Part shown: one piece after another, positions 46,372 to 58,404 of the stretch
Layout of the letters: every line of letters begins with the position of its first letter
Numbering within the stretch: the first letter of the stretch is position 1
DNA from: Pseudogymnoascus verrucosus
Taxonomy: Eukaryota
Length of the DNA stretch: 64,000 nt
NCBI GenBank assembly: GCA_001662655.1
Contig: KV460247.1
Direction: 5' to 3' (one strand)
Made by a program: the position numbers and the translations under genes
Notes under the pieces: generated by a model
What the model was told of the DNA's origin: nothing
What the model saw: only the letters and a program-made list of their open reading frames with translations
Database searches by the model: none

Positions 46372-47659
46372 ATGGGTTGCGGTATGAGCACAGAAGAGAA
46401 GGAGGGCAAGGCCCGGAACGAGGAGATTGAGAACCAATTGAAGAGAGACAAGATGATGCAGCGCAACGAGATCAAGATGCTTCTGCTAGGTCAGTCACAT
46501 CCACCGACTCCGATCTTGGAGTCCCACCACAAACAACGTCTAACCCCTCTCCAGGTGCCGGTGAATCCGGAAAGTCCACCATCCTCAAGCAGATGAAGCT
46601 CATCCACGAGGGTGGCTACTCACGCGACGAGCGCGAGTCGTTCAAGGAGATCATCTTCAGCAACACAGTCCAGTCGATGCGCGTCATCCTGGAGGCGATG
46701 GAGTCCCTCGAGCTGCCACTCGACGACCAGCGCGCCGAATACCACGTCCAGACTATCTTCATGCAGCCACAGCAGATCGAGGGTGACAACCTGCCCCCGG
46801 AGGTTGGCAACGCCATCGAGGCGCTTTGGAAGGATGTTGGCGTCCAGGACTGCTTCAAGCGCTCCAGGGAGTACCAATTGAACGATTCCGCAAGATAGTA
46901 AGTTCCCCTGAACAATTATGGCGCCCGACATGAACAACCTTTTGGGACTACAAACGACCAGTCATTTGACGCCTATCCAATCGCAATACTGACTTTGTTT
47001 TCCAGCTACTTCGACAATATCTCCCGCATCGCGCAGCACGACTACATGCCCAATGACCAGGATGTCCTGAGGTCTCGTGTTAAGACCACCGGTATTACGG
47101 AGACCACCTTCATCATCGGCGAGCTCACATACAGGATGTTCGATGTCGGTGGACAACGTTCTGAGCGTAAGAAGTGGATCCATTGCTTCGAGAATGTCAC
47201 CACCATTCTCTTCCTGGTCGCCATCTCTGAGTACGATCAACTTCTCTTCGAAGACGAGACCGTGAACCGCATGCAGGAGGCGCTCACCCTGTTCGACTCC
47301 ATCTGCAACTCCAGGTGGTTCACAAAGACATCGATAATCCTGTTCCTGAACAAGATCGATCGCTTCAAGGAGAAGCTCACCGTGTCGCCGATGAAGAACT
47401 ACTTCCCCGACTACGAGGGTGGAGACGACTACTCAGCTGCCTGTGACTACATCTTGAACAGATTCGTCAGCCTGAACCAGCACGAGGCAAAACAAATTTA
47501 TACCCATTTCACTTGCGCAACCGACACAACGCAGATCCGCTTCGTCATGGCGGCTGTAAATGGTAAGCTCTCACCCAATTTCTGTCTTTCGACGTTCACT
47601 TACTAACAATCCCAGACATCATTATCCAGGAGAACCTTCGCCTCTGTGGCCTGATCTAG
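46372..47659 (+). CDS. GNA1: Heterotrimeric G-protein alpha subunit, fungal class I (GNA-1/FadA type); exons 46372-46489, 46555-46897, 47007-47562, 47617-47659
   Basis: Myristoylation N-terminus MGCGMS; GAGESGKS, DVGGQRSE, NKID and TCAT boxes; C-terminal LRLCGLI. Confidence 0.97.
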
Positions 47660-49446
47660 ACGCACGAACCATCCGGATACCCAATCTCGTTTTTATCAAA
47701 GCACACATCGAATCCACACACACACGGCGTTACTGCGTTCTGAGCTTGTTTCTTGGTGTCCAACCCACACAGCGCCTGACGCGACAATTTGGGTCTCTTT
47801 GTATTTGGCTACTATACCAATCATGCGTCCCCTTACGAGCGAATAAATCCACCTGAAATTTTCACACCAATTGCATATTTGTCTTCCATGTCTGCCTTGC
47901 GAAATCTATCCACCCTTTCGACAATGCCACACGAAAATACATTCTCACAAACCTTTCATTACGACGCGATTGACCGAACTCACTCCCGGACCGGTTGATT
48001 TATAAAAGAATACCTTTCAAAAGGGCGGACTGGAAGACAAGTTGCATTGGGTGCAATCATTTCACGTTGATCTACAATTATTCATCCCTCAAGACCGGGT
48101 CGTCGCCCCTTGTTGTATGAAATGATTTTTTCGCCCACCACACAACCCATTTTAATGTGTCTGTTTACCATCCTTTTTCCATTTTTCTTGTTTCCTTTAT
48201 AAGTGCTTTGTGTGTCATCTTACGATCTCGACCGGCGCATGACTGAGATTCTTTCCCCTTTGATTTATTTGGCCAGGGATTTTGGCAGGGGGAGGATCAA
48301 CCGTGTTTTTTTTTCTTTGTTAGTATTTTTACATAATGGGGATTTGAGAGAGCCAACTGAAAAAGAGGAAGGCGGAGGGGCGGGAGAGGAGGGAAGGGAA
48401 GGGGGGAGGGAAGTGTTTTCACGATGCGTTTATGTGATGATGGTTGGGTGGGGGGGAGGACTGTTATAGGTTTGGGAGATGGGAGAGGCATTGTGCGCTG
48501 GATCTTCTTTCTCTTGGACCTTGTGGCGGTGTGATCTGGGGAGAATGATATAGGATTTTTGTACATGTTTGTGTGTGTGTGCTTGTGCTGGTGGGATGTG
48601 ATGTGATGTGATGACTTGCGATGGCTTCCTTCCAGACGGATATGCATGGTCCTGTGAAAGTGTGTAGGAATCCCATGCCGTAGTGTACTGGTATTAACTC
48701 CCATCGTAGCCGTCAGGTCTTATTCACGACAAGGTAGTTCAGTAGTTCACAAAGGCCAGATGGAGGGTCTACTTCTCGATGAATGGGTGGGTTCCCTTGC
48801 TGCTCTCCCATTCCGTTGAACGTACGTACAGCTCTGATTTTTATTTTTTCTATTTGGATAATCCTCCTCCACAGATCCCAGACGCCCAAGCTCATATGCG
48901 GCCGTGATTTGTGGCGCATTTTTTACCTTGCCGTTCAAGCAAGGAGGACAATGGGTCTGGAACAGGCATCTGGGGGGGTGGGAGGGGCAGAGGTTGTATT
49001 AACAGTCGTAACAGATGGTAAACAATGAGTATAATGGAGCGCGAGCTTGTTGGAGGATAATGATTACCGAAACAAATCGAGGGGGAGAGAGAGAGGGAGG
49101 GAGATGTTTGGATATGGATCTAGGAGGTACAAATGCCTAGCTTGAAGCCGTGATGCTGTACCTCCTATTGCAGCATCTGGTCCCATTGGAGCGGTTCAAA
49201 CGGTCCAGAAAGAGTCGGATGGGAAGTGTAGCTTCGTTAATGGATGAGGGGGGTCTTTTTTGTTGGCAGTTTTTTGTAGAGACAGTGATAGATTATTGCC
49301 TATTGAGAATAAGCCCCATGCATAGGGGGGATCTATGATAATATCCAGCGACGCACTGCACCATCCATACCTCAGGGCCGTTCGACTCCAATCCTCCGCT
49401 TCAGCACCCCCGCATTTCGCCATGAAGATGCCATCGCCATCCCCAC

Positions 49447-51522
49447 TCATCCAACAACCTCCGCCTCCTCCTCCACATCCTCCTCCCCCCTCCTCCTCTT
49501 CCCCGTAACCCTTCCCCCCTTCTCCCCAACCTTCACAAACTGATCCTCCAAAAACGCCTCACTAATCCGCTCAGGCGGGACTAGTTTTCCATCCACAAGC
49601 GTCCAGCCTACGCCTTGCATCTTCGCCCATTCGCGGCCGATGGACCAGCGGACGAGATCACCGGCGGCGTTGGCGTCTTCTTTGCTGTCGTGGCCTGGTG
49701 CTACGACGCCCTCCTCGGCGGGGGCGGATGTGGATGTAGACCCAGCAGCTGATGTAGCTGGGGCAGCTACAATCCCACCACCAGCTTGGATAGTCCTCCC
49801 CAAATGTAGGGAGACGAGGGTACGCAACGCATGTCGGTATGGTAGCCCCGCTTGGTGGGGAAATAACAGTGCCGTATCGATGACAGTTGGGTGGATGAGC
49901 CTAACAGCATTCAAATCATTCTCCAACCCATGCCCAATAACCGGCGTCCTCGGCGTCAAAAACCGCAGCAGCAACTCCCTCGCCGCCTCAGGTGACTCAA
50001 CGACATGGAGTCTTTTCGCGCCTTTGAGTTTCTCGGCGTCGCTGGGGGAGGAAATATCAAGGGGGTTGGGGAGGGAGGGCGCGTTAGTGAGTTGTGCGGC
50101 TGAGACGCCGGACCAGCGCGTGTTGAGATCCAACACCTCGCCCAGGGGGCGCACAAGGATATCGAGGAGTGGGGTGCCGCTCGGCCAGGATGTGGCGGTG
50201 AGACGGATGAGTTCGAGGCCGTGGACTGTATATCCCATTTCGCCATCGATGCAGACCGGTTCATCGTCATCCGCCTGATCATTCTCGGGTGTGCTGATGA
50301 AATTAAACAGCGCAGCGAGGCGCTTGACTTCAGTCACTTTAAAGACGTGGGTAGTCGCTTTCGTGCACCCGGCGGAATCACCAAGAGCTTGTCCACAGCA
50401 CCGGTACCGCTTCTCGCGCTTTGAGCCTTTGATATCTGTCGCTGAGCGGGAGGGGAAGAAGGGTTTTCCCCAGTGATACGTGCATGTACCCCCTGAGGTG
50501 AGGAGCCCGTCGGATTCGCGCCGCCCGGGGAAGACTTGGAAACGGGACTTGCATCTATCGCAGACTTCCCAGCCCTGGGCGGCTGCGAGCCCGGACTGTG
50601 CCGTGGCGATGGAGTCAGCGGAGGGTATGGAACTGACGTATCCGTGTGCGGAGAGGGAGGTGAGCGGGGTGAGGAGTTTGGGGAGGAGGGAGAGCTCGAG
50701 GTGTTGGGGTAGGCCGGTGGTTAGGGGTTTTGGAGCTGCGGCGGTGGGTGGGGGTTTGCTGGTTGAGGTAGCGGGGGCGGATTTGGCGGCTTCGGCATCG
50801 ATGGTGGTTTGGCGCGCGGATTTCCAGTCGGCGAGGGGCATTTTTTTGTACCGCACTATGGTATTCTTGACGACGCTGGAGTGGATGGCTGGTTTGTCTT
50901 TGGCGGCTTGTTCTTCGATGTCGAGGGCCATGGTGATGAGTTCCTGGGCGGTGAGGAGGAGGGATTTGTTCGGGGGAGATTCTTTGGCAAGCTCGGTGTT
51001 GAGACGGACGAGTTGGTCGTGGAGGAGGTTGACGAGTTTGGTTCGGAGCTCGTGGGTTGCTGGGGAGTGCTTTAGGAGCCGCGGGTTGAGGGTCTCTGAT
51101 TTTGCTGGTTTTGGGACTGATGGAGCGGCTTTTGGGGCTTGTTTTGCTGGAGCTGCCGCCTTCTTTGGTTCTGTCTTGGACATTTCTTCTGGTTTTTTTC
51201 CGGGAGCGAGACTGCTGGTGCGGCGAGGAGGTGGCGGGGATATTGGCCGCTTTTCTGAGGATGTAGAGCTTGACTCCTTCGCAGCCGCCTTGACTTCCGC
51301 GATATCTCCATGGCCTATCTTCCTTCGTTTTCGCTGCCCATCTTCAGCAGCCACTGCGATGGCCTGCTTCTCCGATGGTAGCTCTGGGGATGGCACAGCT
51401 GGTGAAGATTCGGCTGGCTTCATAGCTGGTGGCTTGTGATGTGCGAAGAGGCATTTTGGCAACAGGCAGCGATCGCTGTAGGGGCAGTCTATCTTGGAGA
51501 AGAGGCCCTTTGAGGTGAACAT
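49447..51522 (-). CDS. REX3: RNA exonuclease 3 (Rex3/REXO1-like DEDDh exonuclease)
   Basis: Cys/His region CDRC..CTYHWGK..CC..GC..HV; exonuclease motifs CIDGEMGYT, IGHGLENDL, DTA and HDSKEDA. Confidence 0.9.
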   Translation of the reverse strand: MFTSKGLFSKIDCPYSDRCLLPKCLFAHHKPPAMKPAESSPAVPSPELPSEKQAIAVAAEDGQRKRRKIGHGDIAEVKAAAKESSSTSSEKRPISPPPPRRTSSLAPGKKPEEMSKTEPKKAAAPAKQAPKAAPSVPKPAKSETLNPRLLKHSPATHELRTKLVNLLHDQLVRLNTELAKESPPNKSLLLTAQELITMALDIEEQAAKDKPAIHSSVVKNTIVRYKKMPLADWKSARQTTIDAEAAKSAPATSTSKPPPTAAAPKPLTTGLPQHLELSLLPKLLTPLTSLSAHGYVSSIPSADSIATAQSGLAAAQGWEVCDRCKSRFQVFPGRRESDGLLTSGGTCTYHWGKPFFPSRSATDIKGSKREKRYRCCGQALGDSAGCTKATTHVFKVTEVKRLAALFNFISTPENDQADDDEPVCIDGEMGYTVHGLELIRLTATSWPSGTPLLDILVRPLGEVLDLNTRWSGVSAAQLTNAPSLPNPLDISSPSDAEKLKGAKRLHVVESPEAARELLLRFLTPRTPVIGHGLENDLNAVRLIHPTVIDTALLFPHQAGLPYRHALRTLVSLHLGRTIQAGGGIVAAPATSAAGSTSTSAPAEEGVVAPGHDSKEDANAAGDLVRWSIGREWAKMQGVGWTLVDGKLVPPERISEAFLEDQFVKVGEKGGRVTGKRRRGEEDVEEEAEVVG

Positions 51523-52560
51523 GGTCGCGGATGGAAAAGGCTAGGTTTGAGGTGTAGGATGCGGAACAAGGCTGAGGTTGACTCTTTATATATATGCCTT
51601 TAAACGGTATGATCTGGCTTGTAGGCTCGGGCTATCTGAGAACTGTTGTGCTGGTCAGAAATCTGCGTAATTCATGTCGCTGCACGTGACTTGGGTGAAG
51701 GCCAGGATGGAGAATAAATAGGGAAGTGAGTGTGTGATGCTGAGCCAGTGAGATGCTAAGCCAGTGATATGAAGCAGGCAAAGCTTCAATTTCAGCTTTC
51801 TTATCACCTTGACAGACTTACTGAGAATTTATATACGGGGCCTCCAAGTGCAGATTATGGATCCCTTTTGAGCCTCGGATGTTGAGAAGATGTAGTCGAT
51901 AGTGTTACAGTGAGCTAAGCCATCAAAGATCCATCCTCACTCGCTAGTCACACTACAATGCCTGTAGACTGTTGAGCCCGATTGATGCCTCTATCCATCT
52001 GAGGCCGGCGTAGTTGTCGGTGGCAAGTCGTCGTCGCTGGCCATATCGCGTTTAGCGAGTGTCGTTGATTTACAGTACATACCAAGGTACTCCCTCGTAC
52101 AGATCTGATCTCAGCGACGCAGTCTAACTACAACAGGGCTATTATAACATTGATTCATTATTATATCTTATTTACTTTTATATATAGACGCGCATTGTTA
52201 TATCAGAATTTAAACAACTCTCTTCTGACCTTAACCCCGATCTCCCGTCGGAGTTAAGCTGGTTGCATCAGTAGCGTCGTCAGTTTCTCAGGGGTCTGGG
52301 CTCGTCGTCGTCATTGACTATGTGTGCCTGGTCTGGGTCTGCAAGGTGGTTTACCTTGCCTTTTTATAATTTCTGTTAAATACAACTGTTCATACGCATA
52401 TTCACATTCAAGCCTTTTCTTGGATGCGCTCTAAATACCCACCTGCAATACTAATTCATTATCCAAGTTAATATAATTTCTCGTCAATAAATCAACAAAA
52501 TATCTCATAGAACAAACCGCGACCACCTTTTTACCGCCGGCCCTGGCTGCCAACCCCGCC

Positions 52561-54026
52561 ATGGCAGACCATCTCTGTGTCCTCGTTCACGGGTACGCCT
52601 CTTATGTAACCTGTCTGAATGCAGCTCTAACACATATCTGCTCAAACCAGCCTCTGGGGCAATCCCAACCATCTCAAGAACGTCGCCAAGGTGCTCCGTG
52701 AGAAATACAGTGAGGACGAGCTCCACATACTGGTCTCCAAGCGGAACAGCGGAAGCTTCACCTACGATGGCATTGAGCTTGGAGGACAGCGTGTGTGCCA
52801 AGAGATTGAAGAAGAGCTGAAGCGTCTTTCGGAAAGCGGCCAGACAGTCAAGAAGTTGAGCATGGTTGGGTATTCTTTGGGTGGCCTCGTAGCGCGGTAT
52901 ACCGTTGGTCTCTTGGAATCGCGAGGCCTTTTCGACAACATTGAAGCAATTGTAATTCACAAATCCTCACAAATTTAGGACGTCGAGCATACTAACTAAG
53001 CCGTAGAACTTTACCACCATAGCGACACCCCACCTCGGGGTAAGATCTCCAAACCGCGCCGTGATAAGTCAGATCTTTAATGTGCTCGGGCCACAAATGC
53101 TGTCCATGTCCGGGACGCAACTATTCATGGTCGACAACTTCCGCGAGACTGGCCGGCCCATCTTGGAGGTTATGGCGGATCCAAATTCCATCTTCATTAC
53201 GGGACTGCGGAGGTTCAAGAGGCACTCATTGTATGCGAATATTACCAACGATAGAACCGCACCGTTCTACACTACGGGAATCTCCAAAATCGATCCGTTT
53301 GTGGACCTGAAGGCGGTGGATGTGGGGTACCTTGATGGATACGAGGACGTTATTCTGGACCCAACGCGGCCGTTTTCGCCCAAGGAAAAGAAAATCCTAA
53401 CATTTTATTCCAAACTCAAGCATGACGCATCCTTTTTCTTCAGGAACCTCCACATTTTTGCCCTCCTTACAATAGTTATCCCAATCGGCACGCTTGCCTT
53501 CATCACCTATGCTGGCATCCAGACTATACTGAGTAGCAGCAGGATACGGCTGCATGAGTCTGGCAAAGCTGGGATTGACCCGAGCAGCTATCGGACACCC
53601 TTCCTGCTGGACATCCGCGAGGCAGTCGAAGATGCGTATGGGAACCTCAATAGTGCCCAAAGCCAACAGTTCCTCTCCGCCGCTCCCAGCACTGCTGGAT
53701 CGTCAGAGGATGAGTCTGAGGCCAGCGGACGGCCGTTAATGGGGAACCAAGCGGCCGAGAAGCCGTCCCGTTCGACTACAAAGGGTTTAACAAACGGCAA
53801 TCCTGGTACCGACATATCGCCCAAAGAGACGCCGACTCTGGCCCTTGCCCCCGAGCAGTTTACTATCATCCGGAACCTTGATAGTGTGGGCTGGAGGAAA
53901 TACTTTGTGCATATTCACAAGCAGCGACATAGCCATGCTGCGATTATTGTACGAAGGGATAAGGAGGACTTTAGTGAGGGGTTTGTGGTGCTGCGGCATT
54001 GGTTGGACGAGTTTCTTATGGAGTAG
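52561..54026 (+). CDS. DUF676 putative serine esterase/lipase; exons 52561-52592, 52651-52951, 53007-54026
   Basis: DHLCVLVHGLWG, TYDGIELGG, nucleophile elbow GYSLG, ATPHLG, LYANITND and HSHAAII. Confidence 0.9.
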
Positions 54027-54446
54027 ATGTTGTAAGGATTCGGTTTTACGTTGGTGCTGAATCATGGGGAGTTGTGTCGGTTGTCAACGACTTGATTTGG
54101 AAATTTCTTTTGATATTGCAACTCTAGATTTTTTAAATTTTGATAGGAGGCGTTATATAGAAAGGACGGTCTCTTGTATTTGGACGGGTTATAGTTATCG
54201 GATTAGATTTGAAGGTGTATTTATAGATGTTTTATTGCTACTCCTCTCAGGGGCGTTTAATACAAGGATAAACAATGGATATTAATTTTGGCAGAACTGA
54301 TGCCAGCAATTACCCCAGACGAATAATAACCCCGAAACCGTTGAGTTCAGGATACTCATTTGACATCCACATCCACATGAGCAGGGCACTTGGTCAAATG
54401 AGTGTATAGTTCGGTGTCAAACTCTGAGCGCCAGATCTATACTTAT

Positions 54447-55044
54447 TTACACGGAATTTAGAGATCTGACCTTCTCCTTGGCATTACTGCCAAAGTCTAC
54501 AGGTGGCCCTGAGCTTCCAGTCAACATAGCCGTCTTCCCCGTGGTATCAGTGACCATCATCTGCGCCATCATATTCCTGCCGACCACATCGTCGTAGACT
54601 TTTTTGGCCGCAGCAGCACCAGTTCCTAGACAGTAAATTAGCTAATCTCTACTTGTGCGGTTTATACATCAAAGTTTAAAAAAGCAATTTATAAATTCCC
54701 ATCATCTTCATAAAAACGAACTCACCAGGAGCTGGACGAAACTGATTGGGATGCGTCAAAGCGCGACCAGCCTCGATGTTGTCAAACTCAGAACAGCATG
54801 TACTTCGACCTCTTCAGAAAGTCCCACACGTGGTACAGAGTCTGGTTTGGGGTTGGCGGAGTCCAGAGCTCATGGTTCTCGATGGCTCTAGTTATCGGGG
54901 CAGCCACCCCAAGATTAGCTCTTCTAGATTATATGTGGAGCACGATCGTAAACTCTGGGGAGGTTGAGCAAGGTCTCACTGTATCAATTCCCCGAGTTTC
55001 TGCTCCATCGCCGCGCGCTTCTCTGGGGCTGGGGCGGCAGGCAT
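54447..55044 (-). pseudogene. Three-exon gene for a ~133-aa uncharacterised protein with one +1 frameshift (pseudogene, sequencing error or recoding); exons 55044-54980, 54887-54726, 54625-54447
   Basis: ACCATG start; canonical introns GTGAGA..GCTAAT..TAG and GTGAGT..GCTAAT..TAG. Exon 2 is exactly 1 nt too long, at CTG TTC TGA G (~54795-54787). Confidence 0.75.
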
Positions 55045-56035
55045 GGTTGTGGAGGCTTGCGTGGGTATGGAGTACGTATGGAAATTCAAGATGTTGGTAG
55101 TATGAGGCTTGAGCTGGTGATGGGGGGGAGGTATTTTTTTTCAAGATATATTACAGGTTGGTAGAGCGGCTGGGGTGAATGAATTATGGTTCACACCGCG
55201 TATGCTATCGGTGTAGTGGAGACCATAGTGGACAGCCCCTGAATAGCTTATGCAGGCTGTATTATGTAAGTCAACGAGACACGTCCTCAACACAGCCAAA
55301 AGAGACGGGGATCTGCTAGTGGTGATGGGCGTGCAAGCTGAATTGAGATCTTCAAGGATAGGAGAGGATAGGAGAGGGTTAAGGGTGAAGGAAGCCCAAC
55401 ATGTTGTGGCGGTTCGACCCTGGAACTTGGCGCCACAGAACGGCACAGAATGCCACGGAAATACCACAGTATGATGAAGTGCGTACAATTGCGGCAGGTA
55501 GTACAGTCTATGAAGAGGGGTGTAGTTGTATAGGTATAGTACTGTATTTCCACAAGATGAGATCTGTTGAGTACAACTTATATAGAGTAGTTTGTACAGT
55601 AAAGCACAGTCAACATTCAACATTCGCTCTATCTAAACCACGTGATATCACTCAAACGCACGGTGATAGAGGCTTAAGCTGGGTCGAGTAACTGGCAGTT
55701 TTAGAGGCACGCACATGTCATTGATACTGACGATAAATTGACGATAAATTGTTGGTTGTTGCACTTGATTTGGCTTGATTTGATTGGTTGAATCATGTGA
55801 AACCCTAGCTTTCTCTCGACCTTTGGGTCTTTAGTTTGGGCCATGATCTAAGACCGCCTTGGCATCACGCTAACCTACTTTGAGCTCCAAGCCCTGACCG
55901 CTAAGGTACCCTCAACTGTATATTCCCCTCCTATCCCTCTCATTCGCTACCCCGTTGAGCTGTCCACGATCCCATATATTTCCCCGTCACCGTTTCCCTT
56001 TCTTCTGTGGACAAAGTTGGGATTCACAAGGCATC

Positions 56036-57780
56036 ATGGCGTCCGAAACCAAAAGCGCCAATGGCTCCTCCGAGAGCGACTTTGAGTTTATAGAAACTCC
56101 AAAGGTTCACACGCCAACCTTTGAGAAGTTCGAGGAGTGTGGTGTCAAAACCACGGCTGTAAGTCTACCACACCAGGAGCTCTCCTGAAGCTTGATTTGC
56201 AGAGCGTATTTGTTGAGCCATACTGACTGCAAAATTATAGTATCCTGCGATCAAGAATGCCCCTCTCCCAGCTGATGGCCCTGGATCCGAAAGCTTCTCT
56301 AACATCGCCCTCTTCTCACTGCTGTTCATTGTGCCCGCATACACGGCCTGGAAAGTCGGTGGCGGTCTGAAGACGACGATTTTTTTCGGCCTCTTCACCT
56401 CGATCCCGCTCCTGATTTCCTTCTGGTACCTTAACTCGACCCTCGGCCCCCGCAAGAATGAGAAAGTGAGACTTCCGGGTCGCCCGATCGAGCACTACCT
56501 CACCTTCAAGAACGATGCCGATAAGCTCAAGTACCGCGGAAGGACCAAGATCCCAATCGAGACCTTCCACAACATGTACTTTGAGGGCGATGTTGAGTTC
56601 AACGGCGACTGCCTCGAGGTCCTCGAGTACCGTGCCGACTGGGCCAGCTTTACTTTCACCATCAGCTTGTTCAAGTTCATCTTCTTCCAGTTCGCACCGG
56701 AAGTCATTATGCACACTCGCTCGCAGGGTACGTTTATGCATTCCTACTTCTGTAATACTATATACTAATATTTGGCAGATGAGGAGCAGGTCAGAGATCA
56801 CTATGACAGAGGCGATGATTTCTACGGGTGGTTCCTTGGACCACGTATGATTTACACCTCTGGCATTATTTCCGACATCACTAAGGAGGAGACACTTGAG
56901 GAGCTCCAAGATAACAAGCTTGCCATCGTTTGCGAGAAGATTGATCTTCAAAAGGACGAGCGCATGCTTGATATTGGATGCGGCTGGGGAACTCTAGCCA
57001 AGTTTGCTAGTGTCAACTTTGGCGCTCAAGTTACTGGTATCACCCTTGGCCGTAACCAAACCGCCTGGGGAAACAACGGTCTCCGCAAAGCTGGCATTAC
57101 CGAGGAGCAGAGCAGAATCCTCTGCATGGACTACCGCGATATCCCAGTTCCAGAGGGCAAGTACCACAAGATCACCTGTCTCGAGATGGCTGAGCACGTC
57201 GGTGTTCGCCACTTCAAGTCTTTCTTGAGACAAGTTAATGACATGCTTGATGACGATGGAGTTTTCTTCTTGCAAATTGCCGGACTTCGCAAGTCGTGGC
57301 AGTACGAGGATCTTATGTGGGGTCTTTTCATGAACAGATACGTCTTCCCAGGCGCTGATGCTTCTACCCCGCTTGGATTCTTCGTCGACAACCTCGAGGG
57401 CGCTGGCTTTGAGGTCAAGTCCGTTGACACCGTTGGTGTCCACTACTCCGCTACCCTGTGGAGATGGTACAGGAACTGGCTCGGAAACCGTGACAAGGTT
57501 GAGGCCAAGTACGGCAGCAGATGGTTCAAGGTAAGTTATATTACACTACAGACAGAATAACGACTAATGGCGCTTTTAGATCTGGGAGTTCTTCCTTGCC
57601 TACTCCACCATCATCTCCCGTGAGGGAGGTGCTACCTGCTACCAAATCACCCTGGTCAAGAACATCAACTCTACCCACCGTGTTGAGGGCATTTCGACCC
57701 AGTTTGCTCTCACTGCGGCTCTTGCCAAGGGCCGCGCAGACATTGCGGCCAATGCTGCTGCCAACGGTGTCAAGGCCTAA
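56036..57780 (+). CDS. MTS1: Sphingolipid C9-methyltransferase (CMAS/cyclopropane synthase family); exons 56036-56158, 56241-56727, 56779-57530, 57580-57780
   Basis: N-terminal TM helices; HTRSQDEEQVRDHYDRGDDFY, GPRMIYTSG, SAM-binding motif LDIGCGWG, LEMAEHVG and YVFPGAD. Confidence 0.92.
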
Positions 57781-58404
57781 ATATGAAATGCCATCTAAAT
57801 ATTGTTATTGGCATGTATGATACGTATGATACGACGACTACAAATAGCCCAAAAGTAAGGGCGCGGTATTTGGACTATACTGTTTATGCCATCTAGATGT
57901 AGCTAAAAAGCTGTGCAGCGATTTAGCATGAAGAGAAACATGGGTTTATTATGATGGCAATCAAATAGAAGGAGGTATTGGGATACTTAAAAAGGCGATG
58001 ATCATTTAGCTACGTAAATGCGAGTCGATGCCATAGATTGGTGGAAATGGAAAGTTATGATTGGTTTAAAAATGATTTTAAAAACTGAATGATACTTGAG
58101 ATTGATTGTAAAACGAATCCAAATATATTTACCCCATACATTGGGAACGACCAACCTGTCCTGATAACAATTGATGCCTAAGGTGCATATACTCACTTCA
58201 GGCGGCAGTGGCGGGACAGTGGCTGGGTTGGCTAATTTGCGGCGGCGGAACTTGCCTCCGTCCTGGGAACCCAACTGGGTAACTACCGTCGTCAGCGACG
58301 TAGGCCGCCGCGCATCAAAACTTGTAGTTGGGATTCACATCTCAACCTTTTGTATCAGCTTTCGTTTTGTATCCAATTTTAGCATTTTTTTCCTTCATAT
58401 CGCA

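Noticed and set aside
47645..47659. G-alpha C-terminal CGLI as a CaaX box linked to RAM2/STE24
   Set aside because: It is the standard class I G-alpha terminus (pertussis-toxin-type site); these subunits are lipidated at the N-terminus.
49640..51439. Long antisense ORFs (212 and 319 aa) over REX3, and similar ones over NMO, PAN1 and the GPI gene
   Set aside because: These are shadow frames of GC-rich, codon-biased genes with no recognisable motifs.
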